Shown here: positions 12,925-25,600 of the stretch, in pieces | Layout of the letters: every line of letters begins with the position of its first letter | How positions within the stretch are numbered: position 1 is the stretch's first letter | NCBI GenBank assembly: GCA_026023565.1 | Contig: JAPETS010000002.1 | Span: 186,001 to 250,000 of the forward strand | From: Cirrosporium novae-zelandiae | Taxonomy: Eukaryota | Direction: 5' to 3' | Length of the DNA: 64,000 nucleotides | Translations under genes and position numbers: made by a program | The notes under the pieces: generated by a model | Database searches by the model: none | What the model was told of the DNA's origin: nothing | The model's input: only the letters and a program-made list of their open reading frames with translations

Positions 12925-14645
12925 ATGTTTATATTCTTATCAGCGTGGGTGTTTGCCTTACTGGCTTCTAGGACCCAGGCGCAATCTTCTACGTCGACAT
13001 CTACCTATGTAGAATCAGATGTTCCTACCGGCACTCCAGTCCCTGGTAATTATACCGGGGAGCTTCGTCCACAGGTGCATTATTCTCCACCTACAAGTTT
13101 TATGAATGATCCCAATGGCATGTTTGTCGACGCCAATGGGACCTATCACCTCTATTACCAATGTTTGCATTCTTATTCCATCTCTTCCGGCTATGCTAAC
13201 TAGAACAAACAGACAATCCCACCTCTAACGTAGCAGGAAACCAACATTGGGGGCATGCAACGTCTCGGGATCTGTACCACTGGATTAATCAGCCTATTGC
13301 CATCTACCCTGGCGCCACGGGTGAAGGTATCTTCTCTGGGTCTGCTGTTATCGACGTAAATAATACTTCTGGTTTCTTCCCGGACCAGGACAATGGCGTT
13401 GTTGCCTTTTACACACTTAACACGGCAGAAGCAGAGACACAGAATATCGCCTACTCACACGACGGCGGCTACACCTTCACAAAATATGCAGGTAACCCTG
13501 TCATTCCAAGTAACTCGACGCAGTTTAGGGATCCGAAAGTTTTCTACCATGCTGAAACAGAAAGCTGGGTTATGGTCATTGCCTATGCGCAAGAGTTTAC
13601 TATTGGAATTTACACATCTGCCGATCTCATAACCTGGACACACGCATCAAACTTCTCCCATTATGGCCTATTGGGTTTGCAGTACGAATGCCCAAACTTA
13701 CTGCCGATGCCGATGGTCAACTCTTCCACTGAATTATACGTGCTTTGGATTAGCATCAATCCTGGTGCCCCTCTTGGTGGCAGTATTAGCCAGTACTTCC
13801 CTGGCACTTTCAATGGAACTCATTTTACCCCTGTTGATAATGCTGCTCGCATCTCTGACTTCGCCAAAGACAACTATGCTGGGCAATTCTTTGGGGAGAT
13901 ACCAGGAACAGAGCCGCAAATTGCGATTCAATGGGCAAGTAACTGGCAGTACGCGCAGAACGTGCCAACAGGGGAGAGAGAGGATTGGCGATCCGCGATG
14001 GGCCTTCCAAGGACTACTTATCTCGCCAACATCACACGTTTGGGGTACGACCTTATCCAACAGCCATATAATCTGTCTTCCATCATGGGATCGCAACTCG
14101 CGCATAGCACAAGTCTGGCTAATCAGACAATAATCCAGAATTACACATCAGTCGCCTCGAAAGCTGTATATTTAGATCTAAACATAACAAATTTCCTTGC
14201 TTCGGGAGATGAATCAGGAACATTGAATTTTACATTCTATTCTTCTGATTCTCCCACCACGAACGTCTCTGCAGGATTTTTCCTGGGCGGCGATAGTCCC
14301 TTCTGGATTGATCGCAGACATAGCGGTCCCTTCGCTGCCACCAATCCCTTTTTCACTGGTCTCTTTAGCACTTCAGTGTTGCTTCCTGATGAGGGCGGCT
14401 CCTATCGCATACAAGCATTTATTGATAGATCTATCTTGGAGGTGTTTTTAGATAATGGTAAGTTTACCGCCACGGCAACCTTTTATCCTCCGGCTGGAGT
14501 AATGCTGGATACGGTGAAGGTGGGGAGTGCAGAACTGGCGGCGGGAGTAGGAATTAGTGCGGATGTGTGGAGCTTGAAGAGCGCTTGGGCGGCTGAAGCA
14601 GGGAGTGATGGGATTGTAAAGGGGAATGTGACAACATTGTCGTGA
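12925..14645 (+). CDS. Secreted glycoside hydrolase family 32 (beta-fructofuranosidase/invertase or exo-inulinase)
   Basis: Signal peptide [19 protein letters not shown]; exons 12925-13162 and 13213-14645. GH32 motifs [27 protein letters not shown] and C-terminal DRSILEVF. Confidence 0.95.
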
Positions 14646-15600
14646 GGCATTGGTTATAAGAGAAGGAAGAAAGGAACCTTGCCTGAGGTGGTAAAGAAAC
14701 AACATTAAAAAATAAACCCGAGCTGCATTGATGGAGGTGAGCATGCATGCATATTTATTCATATACTACATATACATAGATGCATATCGTCGGATGTATC
14801 AACAATTTTAATAAGTTTCTCAAGCTTAGCAAAAGAATATTTTGCATTTATTTTTTTACCAACCAATAATTGTCTACGCTATCCATCTCCACTAACACTC
14901 TTAAATTATTTCCTCGTTCTTATTATATTGTCACACAGCGGCACCATAGTCAGTCGATGCCCATAATAGCCCAAGGCCAACAGATAGAATGAATCATCAT
15001 CACTATAACTAGCTAGATACTACTAGGATTCATAACTGGCAATACCTCTAAAATCCTATATTCTGGTGTCCAAGCCCCGAACATCAAAAGAACAAGTAGG
15101 AAGAGAACTCTTTACCCTTAATTTCTTCTAATACGTCTTCCTCCGTAAGTACCATTCAAGTAACATGAATATGGTCTGAGAAAGAAAAAGATGATAAAAA
15201 TAATTCTTTTCTAAGAGATCTTTTCCTTACGAGGATTTTTGAGTATGTATAGGCAAATATTTGCTTCTTGTGGTTTCTTCGGCTCATTTTTTATAAATAT
15301 TCTCTTTCGCTCTCTTGAACAGAAAAGGGGTTTTTTTTTCGAGAAAACGACAGGCGGGTTGGTTGGATATTTGTGAGGGGTGTTAGAATATAGTATAGTA
15401 TAGTAAGATGTAGCTGTTCTTTATCAGCTTCGCTCTACGTTAGTTTAGTTTGATACACTGAGGCAGGAGAGCACTGAAGGTGGATATTGTGGAACGTTTA
15501 TTGATATCGTACTCATAAGTATATATACATGCTAGACTAGATTTATCCTCTATGAAGGGTATCTTAACCAAAAATGCCAGGCCAGATGAACGTGAGGAGA

Positions 15601-16935
15601 CTAAATCAATCCATTCAAGTCGTAGTTAGGTTCCGTTGCTGGAATCCAGCCATGACCTTGTAGCGCCATATCTATTTGTTTGATACGGGCTTTATACGTA
15701 GCAACAAGCTTAGGATCACAATTACGCTTTGATAGTTCTGCTTTAATCTTAAATTGAACCTCCTTGCGTAGATAACGTAGAGTAGTTACTTCTACGGAAT
15801 TTTGTGGGTCGAGTCGATCTAGTCCGTCGTTTATAGGGTATGCTGAAGCGTTGGGAAGAGTGTGAGGTCTGAAAAAGCCTTCAACAAGAGTTCCACGGGG
15901 ATTATTCAAGGCGGCTTTGATTCTTTCCACATAAGTACCCGTCCACTTCTCAGACCAAACTACCTTTGTGGCTTGATTAGATATATACCCTTTTGATAGA
16001 TCATCATCGGCAGCGTAGAGATGAGCGTAAACTCTAGGAACTTGGCGGGTCCCGGTAAAAGACTGTTCGTCCCATAATTTGATGGAGGAATGTGGCCTGG
16101 GGTCACCGCCACCATTAACTCGGAGAGCATGATACATGGAAACAACGGTAATCAAACGAGTAGGCCGAAGGTTCAGATGAAAAGCTCGAGCATGGGCTCG
16201 ACGGAGGTACCCCTCTATTAGCCTCAGTTCATCCTGCAGGCGCTCGTGGCTTGGATTTCCATATGGAAACAAGACCATGGTAAATTCCGGAAGCTCGGTC
16301 GTACAATCTTTATCATTAGAACGGTAACGCCATGTGAGTTTTGATTTGGGGGGCTCATAAACCGCCGCATCGGATTTCGATGCCTGGCATTTTATACAAC
16401 TTGCATCCGTTGCAAAATTGAATGCGCCATCACCTGCGCAGATCCAGTTGCCACTCTTGAATACCAAGGGAACCGAGCCAAGAGGTGACCGCATTCCCCT
16501 GCGCACATAAAGTTCTCCGTCATACCGTGTCTGTATCTGAGTGGAACACCCTGCGAGAAACAGGTTGGAGTTTCGACGTTTCGAGGTCTTCAAATGCCAT
16601 GAAGTTGGACAAGGCGCGTGTGGAATATCAGGTTGGGGATGACACGATAAATCCAGAGTTGTTGAATACCTGGCCGTCCGAGGCCACTGCGAGAATAAAT
16701 ACCTCATGCCCGGATGTGTCCTTAAATAACTCCCAGCCAATATAATTAGAGAGATATTTGAGCTTGAAGTTTGGAAGATGCAGGCTGACCTCAAGAAGTG
16801 CTTTATGGACACAGAAGAAATAACGGAAATTCCCCTGGTCCAGTATGAATACAATTGATATCCATAAGCCACCTGACTCCAATTGGCACACAAAATATAT
16901 GACAACGGTGGAGGAAATTTAACATATATTAGCAT
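15601..16935 (-). CDS. Hypothetical protein with a degenerate RanBP2-type zinc finger; true start may be the ATG at 16707
   Basis: 444-codon uninterrupted ORF; GNWICAGDGAFNFATDASCIKC resembles W-x-C-x2-C-x3-N-x6-C-x2-C. Confidence 0.6.
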   Translation of the reverse strand: MLIYVKFPPPLSYILCANWSQVAYGYQLYSYWTRGISVISSVSIKHFLRSACIFQTSSSNISLIILAGSYLRTHPGMRYLFSQWPRTARYSTTLDLSCHPQPDIPHAPCPTSWHLKTSKRRNSNLFLAGCSTQIQTRYDGELYVRRGMRSPLGSVPLVFKSGNWICAGDGAFNFATDASCIKCQASKSDAAVYEPPKSKLTWRYRSNDKDCTTELPEFTMVLFPYGNPSHERLQDELRLIEGYLRRAHARAFHLNLRPTRLITVVSMYHALRVNGGGDPRPHSSIKLWDEQSFTGTRQVPRVYAHLYAADDDLSKGYISNQATKVVWSEKWTGTYVERIKAALNNPRGTLVEGFFRPHTLPNASAYPINDGLDRLDPQNSVEVTTLRYLRKEVQFKIKAELSKRNCDPKLVATYKARIKQIDMALQGHGWIPATEPNYDLNGLI

Positions 16936-17086
16936 TAGATCTCGGAGGCTACGGAGGATAGAAGTGAGTAGGAATAGGGCCGAGTATGTGTTGTATTAAG
17001 AACTCTGTAGTGTACGCTTATTTCAAGGATACAAATCTTCACCTTAACCTTCCCTTTTCCACACCTTTAACACCTTTCAAACAAAT

Positions 17087-17651
17087 ATGGCAACCTCCAA
17101 TATACCTTCAGTAACTCCTGTAAGCTACTTTTCTCTCTTTAAATTCTTGACTAATTTTTAAACAGCAAGATTTGACTCATTTCCATCAAAAGCACTTTGG
17201 CTCTAGGGCGGAACAACACCCGAGCCAAAACGACGTCTGTGATGCTGATGATTTAGGATACTATGAAGATGGATACAAAAGAACGTTGACCGATGACCAA
17301 ATTGCCATGTTTCGGCACAGTGAAATCCAGACAATTCTTCGAGCGAGACGGCACAAGAGAGAAGCAGAGGAATGTGATGGTTCAGATCACCACGATCAGG
17401 CGCCATCCCTTAGAGATCATTTACAGGAGCAAAATATCATTAAACCACGCCAGAGAAAAAAGACAAAAAGAAATGAAATACAATATGATCCTGACAGCTC
17501 TCATGCTGCTACTACTACCGATTTCTTGGATTATGGTGATGAACCTATATCGTCGAGCATAAGCCACTCAATACCAGGACGGAAAATAGTCTCATATGCT
17601 GATGTCGAGCACTCATCCGCGTCAGAGCGAAACAATGTAGATACTATCTAG
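17087..17651 (+). CDS. DUF3807-family conserved fungal protein
   Basis: Exons 17087-17119 (MATSNIPSVTP) and 17166-17651; intron GTAAGC..GACTAAT..CAG. Signature DDLGYYEDGYKRTLTDDQIAMFRHSEIQ. Confidence 0.8.
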
Positions 17652-18646
17652 GACGAAGACTTGATGTTTATTTAGCCAGCCATCGGTTCTTGAATAGCAA
17701 TTAAGAGCCCATATCATTATCCGATCATCTTTGCACTAAATACGCATCTGGTTCCGTCTATTTTGTGCCAGGACCTCAGCTGAATTACAGTTCGATACTC
17801 ATGAATTACCCGACTTTGTATTGGTCTAATAATTACCTCGGTGAGTTTCTTCCTTTGTACTAGTTTACTTCTTATTTCTATGATGAGTCCGCTGTCATCC
17901 TTAAACTGAGCAAGCGTTCCGAACCCCTGGTTCTGCCTTATATCAGCTTTTGTTGGTCTGGCGAAGCCGTTGTACGGACCAAAGACGAATAGCCTAATCT
18001 TCTCTCTGATACCTTCAATTTCCCTCATTATATTCACTTTTGTGCAGTACAATTCGATAGCCTATACTAACTCTTACACAACAAGCTCCCTCAACTTAAG
18101 TTATAAATGGCTATCAAAATAGGCCTTAACCCTCGCCGTGTGAACCTAAAGATTGGGCATTTGGATAGCCTCTTAGTACTTATCAGCCATCTTTACCTAA
18201 AAGCTTCCAAGTCACCCCCAGGTCCATATTAGAAAGCGTGGAGTTATTGTCTTTGATACAATGGCAAAATCTATATTCTGTCTGCGAATAAACGATTGCA
18301 AGTCGGAGTTGGTTAAAAATATAAGTTTCAGGGAAAGAAATAGCATACTCAAGGGCGCATTTTATAAGTATTTGAGCCTAAGAGCTTAAGTAGGCGTGAC
18401 CCGAATATTCTGGTTACCCTATTTCCTCGCACCTCTTCAGCTGTACAAGGCACGCTTCCTGTCTTTCGGGTAAGGTTAGGAACCCCAGCTCAGATAATCT
18501 ATCACAAATACTTGGCAAGGCAACAGTCAGTTCTCAAACATCCCCAGAGTCAAGGATCCAGCGAATATGATAACTGCAGCAAGGATACTAATAATGTAAC
18601 TGTTCTATAATGAGTAATGGAGTAATATATCAATCACAGCCCACCT

Positions 18647-19398
18647 TCAACGTATTTTGATAACAATCTTCCCGAAATGGCTTCCACCCCACATGTATTG
18701 TAGTGTTTCCTTGGCCTCTTCAAATTTAAAAATCTTATCCACCACCGGTTTTATCTTATGTTCCTCTGCAAACTACAACATCTCCTGAAACCTATCTACT
18801 GGCCCGTTGTTGATCCCTTTATAAGTTATATTTCTCCCACCGGTGATCCTCATGACCTCTTCATCCCAGTCCGGGTTCGTGCGGTAGTTGATCAGATAAT
18901 CGGCACCGAGCTCTTTCGCCCGCTTCAACTTCTCATCGGAGCTCGATGTTATGATGACGGTGGCGCCGCTTACCTTTGAAAGAAGCAGACCCATTATCGC
19001 AACTCCGCCCGTGCCCTGAATTAGAACTATTTCCCCGTTTCCTCCAGGACTTCCTAGGGGTCTCATCCCGTTGAGGGCCATCCACGCGGTTGTACCGGCG
19101 GTTTTCATGTTGCATGCCTCGTCATCTGTCAGATATGACGGCGTCCGCACAACCGCATAGCCATCGAAGATCCGATATTCAGTCAACACACCTGTCATTC
19201 CTGTGCTCGGCACGGCACCAGTCATACCACAAACATAGAGATAGATATGTATGGGTGAGTCTTTCACAACTTACCATGCCTCAAACTAGTCCCAATTCCC
19301 GCACTCAACGCTTTCTCCGTAGGTTGGCCCGTTCTATGCTCTAGATACGCGACACTGCACACCCGATCTCCTTCCTTCCACTCCGTAACCCCCTCTCC

Positions 19399-19430
<32 letters not shown>

Positions 19431-19670
19431 CCACCACCACCTCCTCCCCGGCGCAATCAGTGCAAGGGATCATATACTCAAGCAAATGAACGGACTTATC
19501 ACGGAGGAAGAGGCTGTTGATGGTGTCAGCATCTTTGTAGTTGAGGGAGACGGAGTTTACTTTGACAAGGATTCGGTTTTTGGATGGCTGGGGATGGAGG
19601 CGGTGGTCAGCTGGAGGTTTTTGATTCCATCTAGGTGGAATTGCCATTAGCGGGTGGTGGTGGCAGACAT
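18647..19670 (-). pseudogene. Pseudogene of an MDR-family (zinc-type alcohol dehydrogenase-like) oxidoreductase
   Basis: Recognisable motifs VSLNYKD, AGTTAWMAL, LIQGTGGV, TSSSDEKL, GADYLINY, IKPVVDKIF and HFGKIVI. Lesions: TAA at codon 8, an early frameshift, a poly-Val microsatellite expansion, an apparent internal deletion after ITGGR and a premature TAG at 18773-18775. Confidence 0.85.
19398..19440. repeat. (CAA)n/(CCA)n trinucleotide microsatellite
   Basis: caacaacaa...caccaccac; reads as 14 Val codons in the MDR pseudogene. Confidence 0.95.
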
Positions 19671-20477
19671 ATCTCCCGGTTGGAAAATACTTGTCTCTAT
19701 GTAAATCAACACAGATCAAAAAGCAAGAAGGTTGAAGAAAGTATCAATGAAAAAATGTCTGTTTATCATAATAAATCTTACATAGACTATGATACCTCTC
19801 TACATAAATTAGTGAGAACACTCCAACCCCACCACTGACTTGGCGATTATCAGTCAATCTCGTAACAATTCTTTACATGCTATTATCCCCAATCAACCCG
19901 TTCCTAACCTTCGATATCCATCGATACTCCTAATCCATATCATACCAGCTCTCAGTCTCCCGAGCTTTTAAACATCCGATATCCAATATCCGTGTCCGTA
20001 TCCGATGAGGGGTGTTTATTTTTCTATGCTCTTCGAACATTCCTATTCTACTTATAAATTACTACTGCTACGGCGATCTCCTCATTCCTCATAGAGGAAA
20101 ATTTTCCAGCATTCCATGTCCAGCTATCTATTTTGTTTTGCTCTTTATTCTCACATTCCTAACTTCTAGCTTGCCCTCCAGATATCATCAATACCGTGGA
20201 CTTATACGGTATACATAATACTAATGTAATCCTATTCTTCCATCTTCTGCTCTCTAAGCACATCTACTCTCTTAAATAAAAGTATTACTACATCATTCTT
20301 TTAACAGACAAGTCAAATCGAAAAGAATAAAAGCTCCCCATGCTCATTAATATTATCCTCTCCTTATCCAATATATTGAACTTTATACCAGGATTGAGTA
20401 ATGTCCAGCATGTGAATGCCAACCAGCTGGCCACAGGCAAAAAAAAACAAGAAAAAGAAAAGAAAAAAAACTGGAAG

Positions 20478-21137
20478 ATGAAACTCCATTCCCATTCTAT
20501 ATTCTCCTCCATCATTTATACCACCTGCGCTATCCTCCTCACCAAAACCACCGCCGCCAACCCGCAAGACTCCACACCCACTCCTACCTCATATCCGTCT
20601 CATCTCCACCTCCACCCAAGCCCACCAACAAGAACCACAACGCTCACGCTCACCTCCCGAACCACTCATGTTTACACGATATACAAGCAACACATCGCCG
20701 CCGCCACCACCACCACCACCTCTAATCCATATACCGAAGACCAACAACTTCCACCAATTGCCCCAATTCCTTTGGGAACCGGTCCGTTTATTGAACCTGG
20801 ATTTGGACCTGAAGGGGTAGTGGGAGCCGCTGCTTCTACGACGAGTGGTAGCAGCAGCAGCAGCAACATCAGCAACAGCAACAACAATAGTAGCAGCAGT
20901 AATGGTGGGAATAACAGGAACACGAACATCACAGTGGAAGTCACATCTCCATCTCTATTCACACCCGCCCCATCGCCGCTGATGCCCACCTCACTAGATC
21001 ACGTGTCAGCGAACAACGCCGCCGCGATGGCATTGACAATGGTGGGGAGACCGGATTCGTTGTTTCTGGCCAGGCTTGTAGGGGGAATAGGGATAGGGAT
21101 TGGAATACCATTGCTATCGTTTTTTGGATTGAATTGA
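20478..21137 (+). CDS. Putative secreted Ser/Thr/Pro-rich cell-surface protein (possible GPI anchor)
   Basis: MKLHSHSIFSSIIYTTCAILLTKTTA resembles a signal peptide. The body is T/S/P/N-rich and low-complexity, with small residues SANNAAA followed by a hydrophobic C-terminus (LVGGIGIGIGIPLLSFFGLN). Confidence 0.6.
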   Translation: MKLHSHSIFSSIIYTTCAILLTKTTAANPQDSTPTPTSYPSHLHLHPSPPTRTTTLTLTSRTTHVYTIYKQHIAAATTTTTSNPYTEDQQLPPIAPIPLGTGPFIEPGFGPEGVVGAAASTTSGSSSSSNISNSNNNSSSSNGGNNRNTNITVEVTSPSLFTPAPSPLMPTSLDHVSANNAAAMALTMVGRPDSLFLARLVGGIGIGIGIPLLSFFGLN

Positions 21138-22439
21138 ATCAAATTGAAATTGATATTTAATTAAAACATGCCATATCACATTATTATCAAAAAACTTAGG
21201 AAACTTCAAGAACTTTGATATCATCTTTTTGTTTTTTTTGTTTTTTTAGTAAGTAAACTAGAAAGGTGATGATGATGACGAAGAATATACAGTAACAAGT
21301 TAACAACAAACAAACAATCAAACCCATGACTATTTATTTGGAAGCAAGCATATACATATACATAATTCTAGCCAGTAACTCACATAACCCCCCCCCCCAA
21401 AAAATAATAACTACAAAAAAATCATCATTCATTCATAATTCATTCAGGTCAACAAACAAACAAACAAAACATTCCAAAATTCCAAAAACAACTCCGAAAA
21501 GCTCAGACCTCAAATACAGCCCCGACCCTGACTTGACCTGGCCTATCTATCTATCGGTCTGTCTATCATACAGCTGAAAAAAGAAAAAAGAAGGATTGAC
21601 TTTAAGCTTTGGGCTTTAGGCTGAGCTGTTTAGTTGCGGCTCTTACTTAAGTAGGTACTTCAGCCTCAATGGAAGGAAGGAATGTTGAAAGGAAAGGATT
21701 CTAGAGACCAGGGGGGGGCTTGGTTTGTTGATGAAATGAGGCTGAGAAAGAGGAAAAGAGGCAGGGAAAAAAAAGTAGAATTTTTACATGGATTCGGTCG
21801 GTTGGTTTTTTTTTTTTTTTTTTTTTTTTTTTGATTTGGAATATATAAAATATATATATATGAATGAGTTGGCTAGGATGAGATAGGATGGTCTTGGATT
21901 AATTTTTTCGGTTAGTTTACTATGCATGTATGTATGTATGTGTAGCTAGGTATCCAACTACTGTAGTTGATCCTGCGTATGGATGCACCCTATGTACCCT
22001 ATGTTCATACCTATGTCTATACCTATCTATGTAAGTACACTACATGTACACTACATATCTGCTTACCGCCTTACACTTTCCCTTCTACATGTCCACATCC
22101 ACGTACCTCAACCTCACGCGCTTACTTCCCCCCTGCCCCCTACCCCTACCCCTAAGCACTAGAGTATTTAGTTGATGACTCAACCCTCAACCCCAGAGGG
22201 TCTATAAAATCTGCAATCTAGAATCTGCAATTAAGATGAAAACGGAAGGAGTGAGAGAATAAGGACTCAATGAAAGAAAAGGGTTGGTTATTTTTATGGA
22301 AGCTTTTATGGAAGGGAAGGGGGTTGGCTTCTCTCTCTCTCTTGAAGATTTTTTTTTTTTTTTAGATTTCATCATCATGTGTCTTTGTGGTTAGCCCTTT
22401 TGAGAAGAGAGAGTGAGAAGTGAAAAAAAAAAGTCATGG

Positions 22440-22655
22440 GCTTTTTTGAGGCTGAAAGAGATAGATAGAGATGGAGATGGGGTCATGTTATTTGTGATAT
22501 TTCTTCCTGTCTGGACTAGACTGGACTTGGAGGATAGAGGATAGAGGATAGAAGATAGAATAGAATTCTGGTGTGTGTGCTTTTGAGCTGAAGAGATGGG
22601 GGTTATTCATCATATTCCTGCCTGGACTGGACTTGAGGATAGAATTCTAGTGTGT
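22440..22655. repeat. Degenerate tandem duplication with internal GAGGATA/GACTG slippage repeats
   Basis: cttttttgaggctgaaagag...ttcctgtctggact...gaggatag...aattctggtgtgt is followed by the shorter copy cttttgagctgaagag...ttcctgcctggact...gaggatagaattctagtgtgt. Confidence 0.7.
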
Positions 22656-25600
22656 ATGATGGGATGGGACGGGATGAATGGATGGCTAGATGGGATAGTC
22701 GTGTAGCCCCCCTTCAACAACCAACTTCTATAGCAATAGAGTTGGTTGTTGCTTCGATACACCGATCCTGTCTATCTGTCTGTCTGAGGGACTGCAGCAG
22801 ACCCTCAATCAAACGGATGATTCCAAAAGGTATCTTCGTTTCTCTCAATTACTGAGTTCGCAACCGAGAACTAAGAGGTTGATAATTACTATTCATTTTA
22901 TTGTCCGCATGTCGCATTTAGGTTATGGCGGACAATAGAGAATTTGGAGGTTAATTCTTATTCTCATGGTGACTATGTATATAAATATCCCCAATCGGGG
23001 GCTCGAAGAAAGAAAGATAGAGAAAAAAAGAAAAGTTGTGGACTACAAAGAACAACTTTCTGGCTGTTGGTTCTGTTTGTGATAAGTTGTTATTGCTATA
23101 GCGGTAGGAGGCGGTGTTGAGAGGAATCTTAGCAGTTTAGGCTAGCACGGCTATATATATCATCTATCGGCCTTGATATATGTATGTATGAGACTTTATA
23201 CTGAAGTATATTTCGTTCCATCAGATCATCATCGTCCGTCCACCACTGCTGCAAAAAGACTACTACTACAGCTTCCCTCATATCCCCTCAGCATAGCATC
23301 TTATCTACATGAGTGAATTTTGTCAGATTATGCCAGCAGCAGCTGCTAAAGTCGTCAACCTAACTCTCTCATCTATCTCTCATCATCTACCCATCTTTCG
23401 ATTTTCTTTGTCTCTTGATAACTCACGAAACCACCACACTAACATGGTAGTTCCAGAACTACATTTCTGAAATAAAAAAATGTAATCGTGACATGGCATT
23501 AGTAGTAGCCTCACAGCGGACCCGGCCCCCTGGCATTCTGAGCCGCATTCCCCTTGGGGTTGAAGGCATGCATGCATGCAATCAAAGTGCCGGGCTCCCC
23601 CCCAGGGCACAAAATATTCAACAGCGGCAGAATAGATAGCAGCGGAACAGTTTCCGGTATCCAAATTATTATCATCGCTTAAATCTTTTGAAGATTGTAT
23701 GGATGTGCTTGCGAGACATTTCAACCATTATAATGACACCAATAAGGTGTCGTGGGTTATGTGGAGGGGGGCGTGACATTTTTGAAAAAGAAATCTAAGC
23801 CATTTTGTGAGTGTCAGCCGGGGAAAAACTGCTGGCTAAGAGAGACGAGGCTGCAAAAAAAAAAGAATGTACGCGTGTAGGGGGTTGGGTTGGGTTGCCA
23901 GTTGCAGTTGCTTTCAATACTCCAGTGGAACTGGTCCAAAGACATAATTGGCAATATAATGGTTTTGGGGTTCGGCGAGCAGGTAAACAATTCAGATTTC
24001 ATGTTGATAGGGTTGGCTTTTAGAGGACCAAGGGCATGAGACTATCTGTTACTGGCGGAAATACCCGTGAAATGCTCATACTGCCTGGCACGCGTTCCGG
24101 GATATGTGCTCAAAATCATGACTCCAGCTAGTACCGTGACTCTCTGACCATGCCGACTCTTAGTCCAACCTGGGCTTAATCGTACTTAATTCACATCAAA
24201 GCCATAGCTTTGAGAGACTAAAGGGATTAAACAAACGATAATGTACTCCAACCCCAGATATCTAGTCATGGCCAGCAGGCCATTTGTTGAAGCCTGAGAG
24301 TGAACAAGGATAAAGCACAAGATCAATGGCATGAAGTTGCATTTTCGACATTGTGATTGAAACACGCGAGACGATGATTTCGTCATTGAAATCTGATTTC
24401 TTTCTTCAGCCAGATCTCATCAGCGAAGGAGCATGGAGCGATGGAGCGGTGCCCTCAGCTTCTGGAGAGTTGGACCAGTCTGAATGCTTAGAGGTTTCTA
24501 AATATGTAAACTAGCCTTTGTTTTGGTGGTTTGGGGTTATAAAGTTTTCTGGAAAAATTCAGCCATGGATGAAAGAGGCAGTCAGTACCAGCAGCTAGAG
24601 CTCGATACTACAATGTCAATGGCGAGTGTTGGTCCAATCCATAAAATTCAGACACGTCTACCCCCAGGCATGTCAGATGGGTCTAGTAGTGCATGGTTTT
24701 TTGCAAGTGGAAACATTTTCTGCAAGCCAATTACACAGCGCTTACACGAGGTCCCAAGGTTTTGAGCAGGAAACAATGGTCAACGTTGTCTCCAAGATTA
24801 GTAGTCAGAACCTAAGCTTATCGCCCACGTGCGGAGAAGTAGCATCAGGGCCTCCAAGAGAGAATAAATTTGCATTTGTTATCTTGAGGATACTTTTGTC
24901 TCAGAATACTGGTAAATAAACATCAAACAATAGCAATACAATACCAGCGATGGAGGGATTAAACTTTGATCCAGTAGACCGACCTAGCTACACGTAGGGA
25001 AAAACAATGTAGTTTTAGATGATGGCATAACTTAATCTTCGGACATTTTTACGGAGTGAAATATGGGAATTGAGACAATTGCCGAAGGAGAGAGAAGTGG
25101 AGAATTTAGGCGCGTAATTGGAACTCGGACTCTTTGTTTCTCTCCCCGCAAAAGAGAGAGAGAGAGAGGAGGAAGAAAGAGAGCAAGAGGGATGAAAAGA
25201 GAGAAAGTGGGTTAGGCGCCAGAAGGAGCGTATGATAAGCCAATGAAAAGTATTATTTTTTCATGGGTGCCTTAGCAGTCAGGCGGTCCAGGATAGATAG
25301 GTCACAAAAAGGGTCTTTAATCATTACTTGGCATGGTGGTTAGAAGGTTAGGAAACCATGTACTAACTAATTACTTCTCACCGTCTTCTGTTACTGGACC
25401 TTCCTTGGCTTTAGTTTCGGGTCCAAAGCTAAACGGCGGTGAAGCAAGGATTAAGTCTCCATAATTTTCTGATGCTCACGTTGAACTAGCAATTAGCAGC
25501 GAAGTCGGCCAGGAATTGATGAAAATGTGCTTCTCGTGGTTACGGCTGTCAGGCGATCATTTAGGCTTAGTACGGGATAATATCGGATTGCTTGCGTAGG

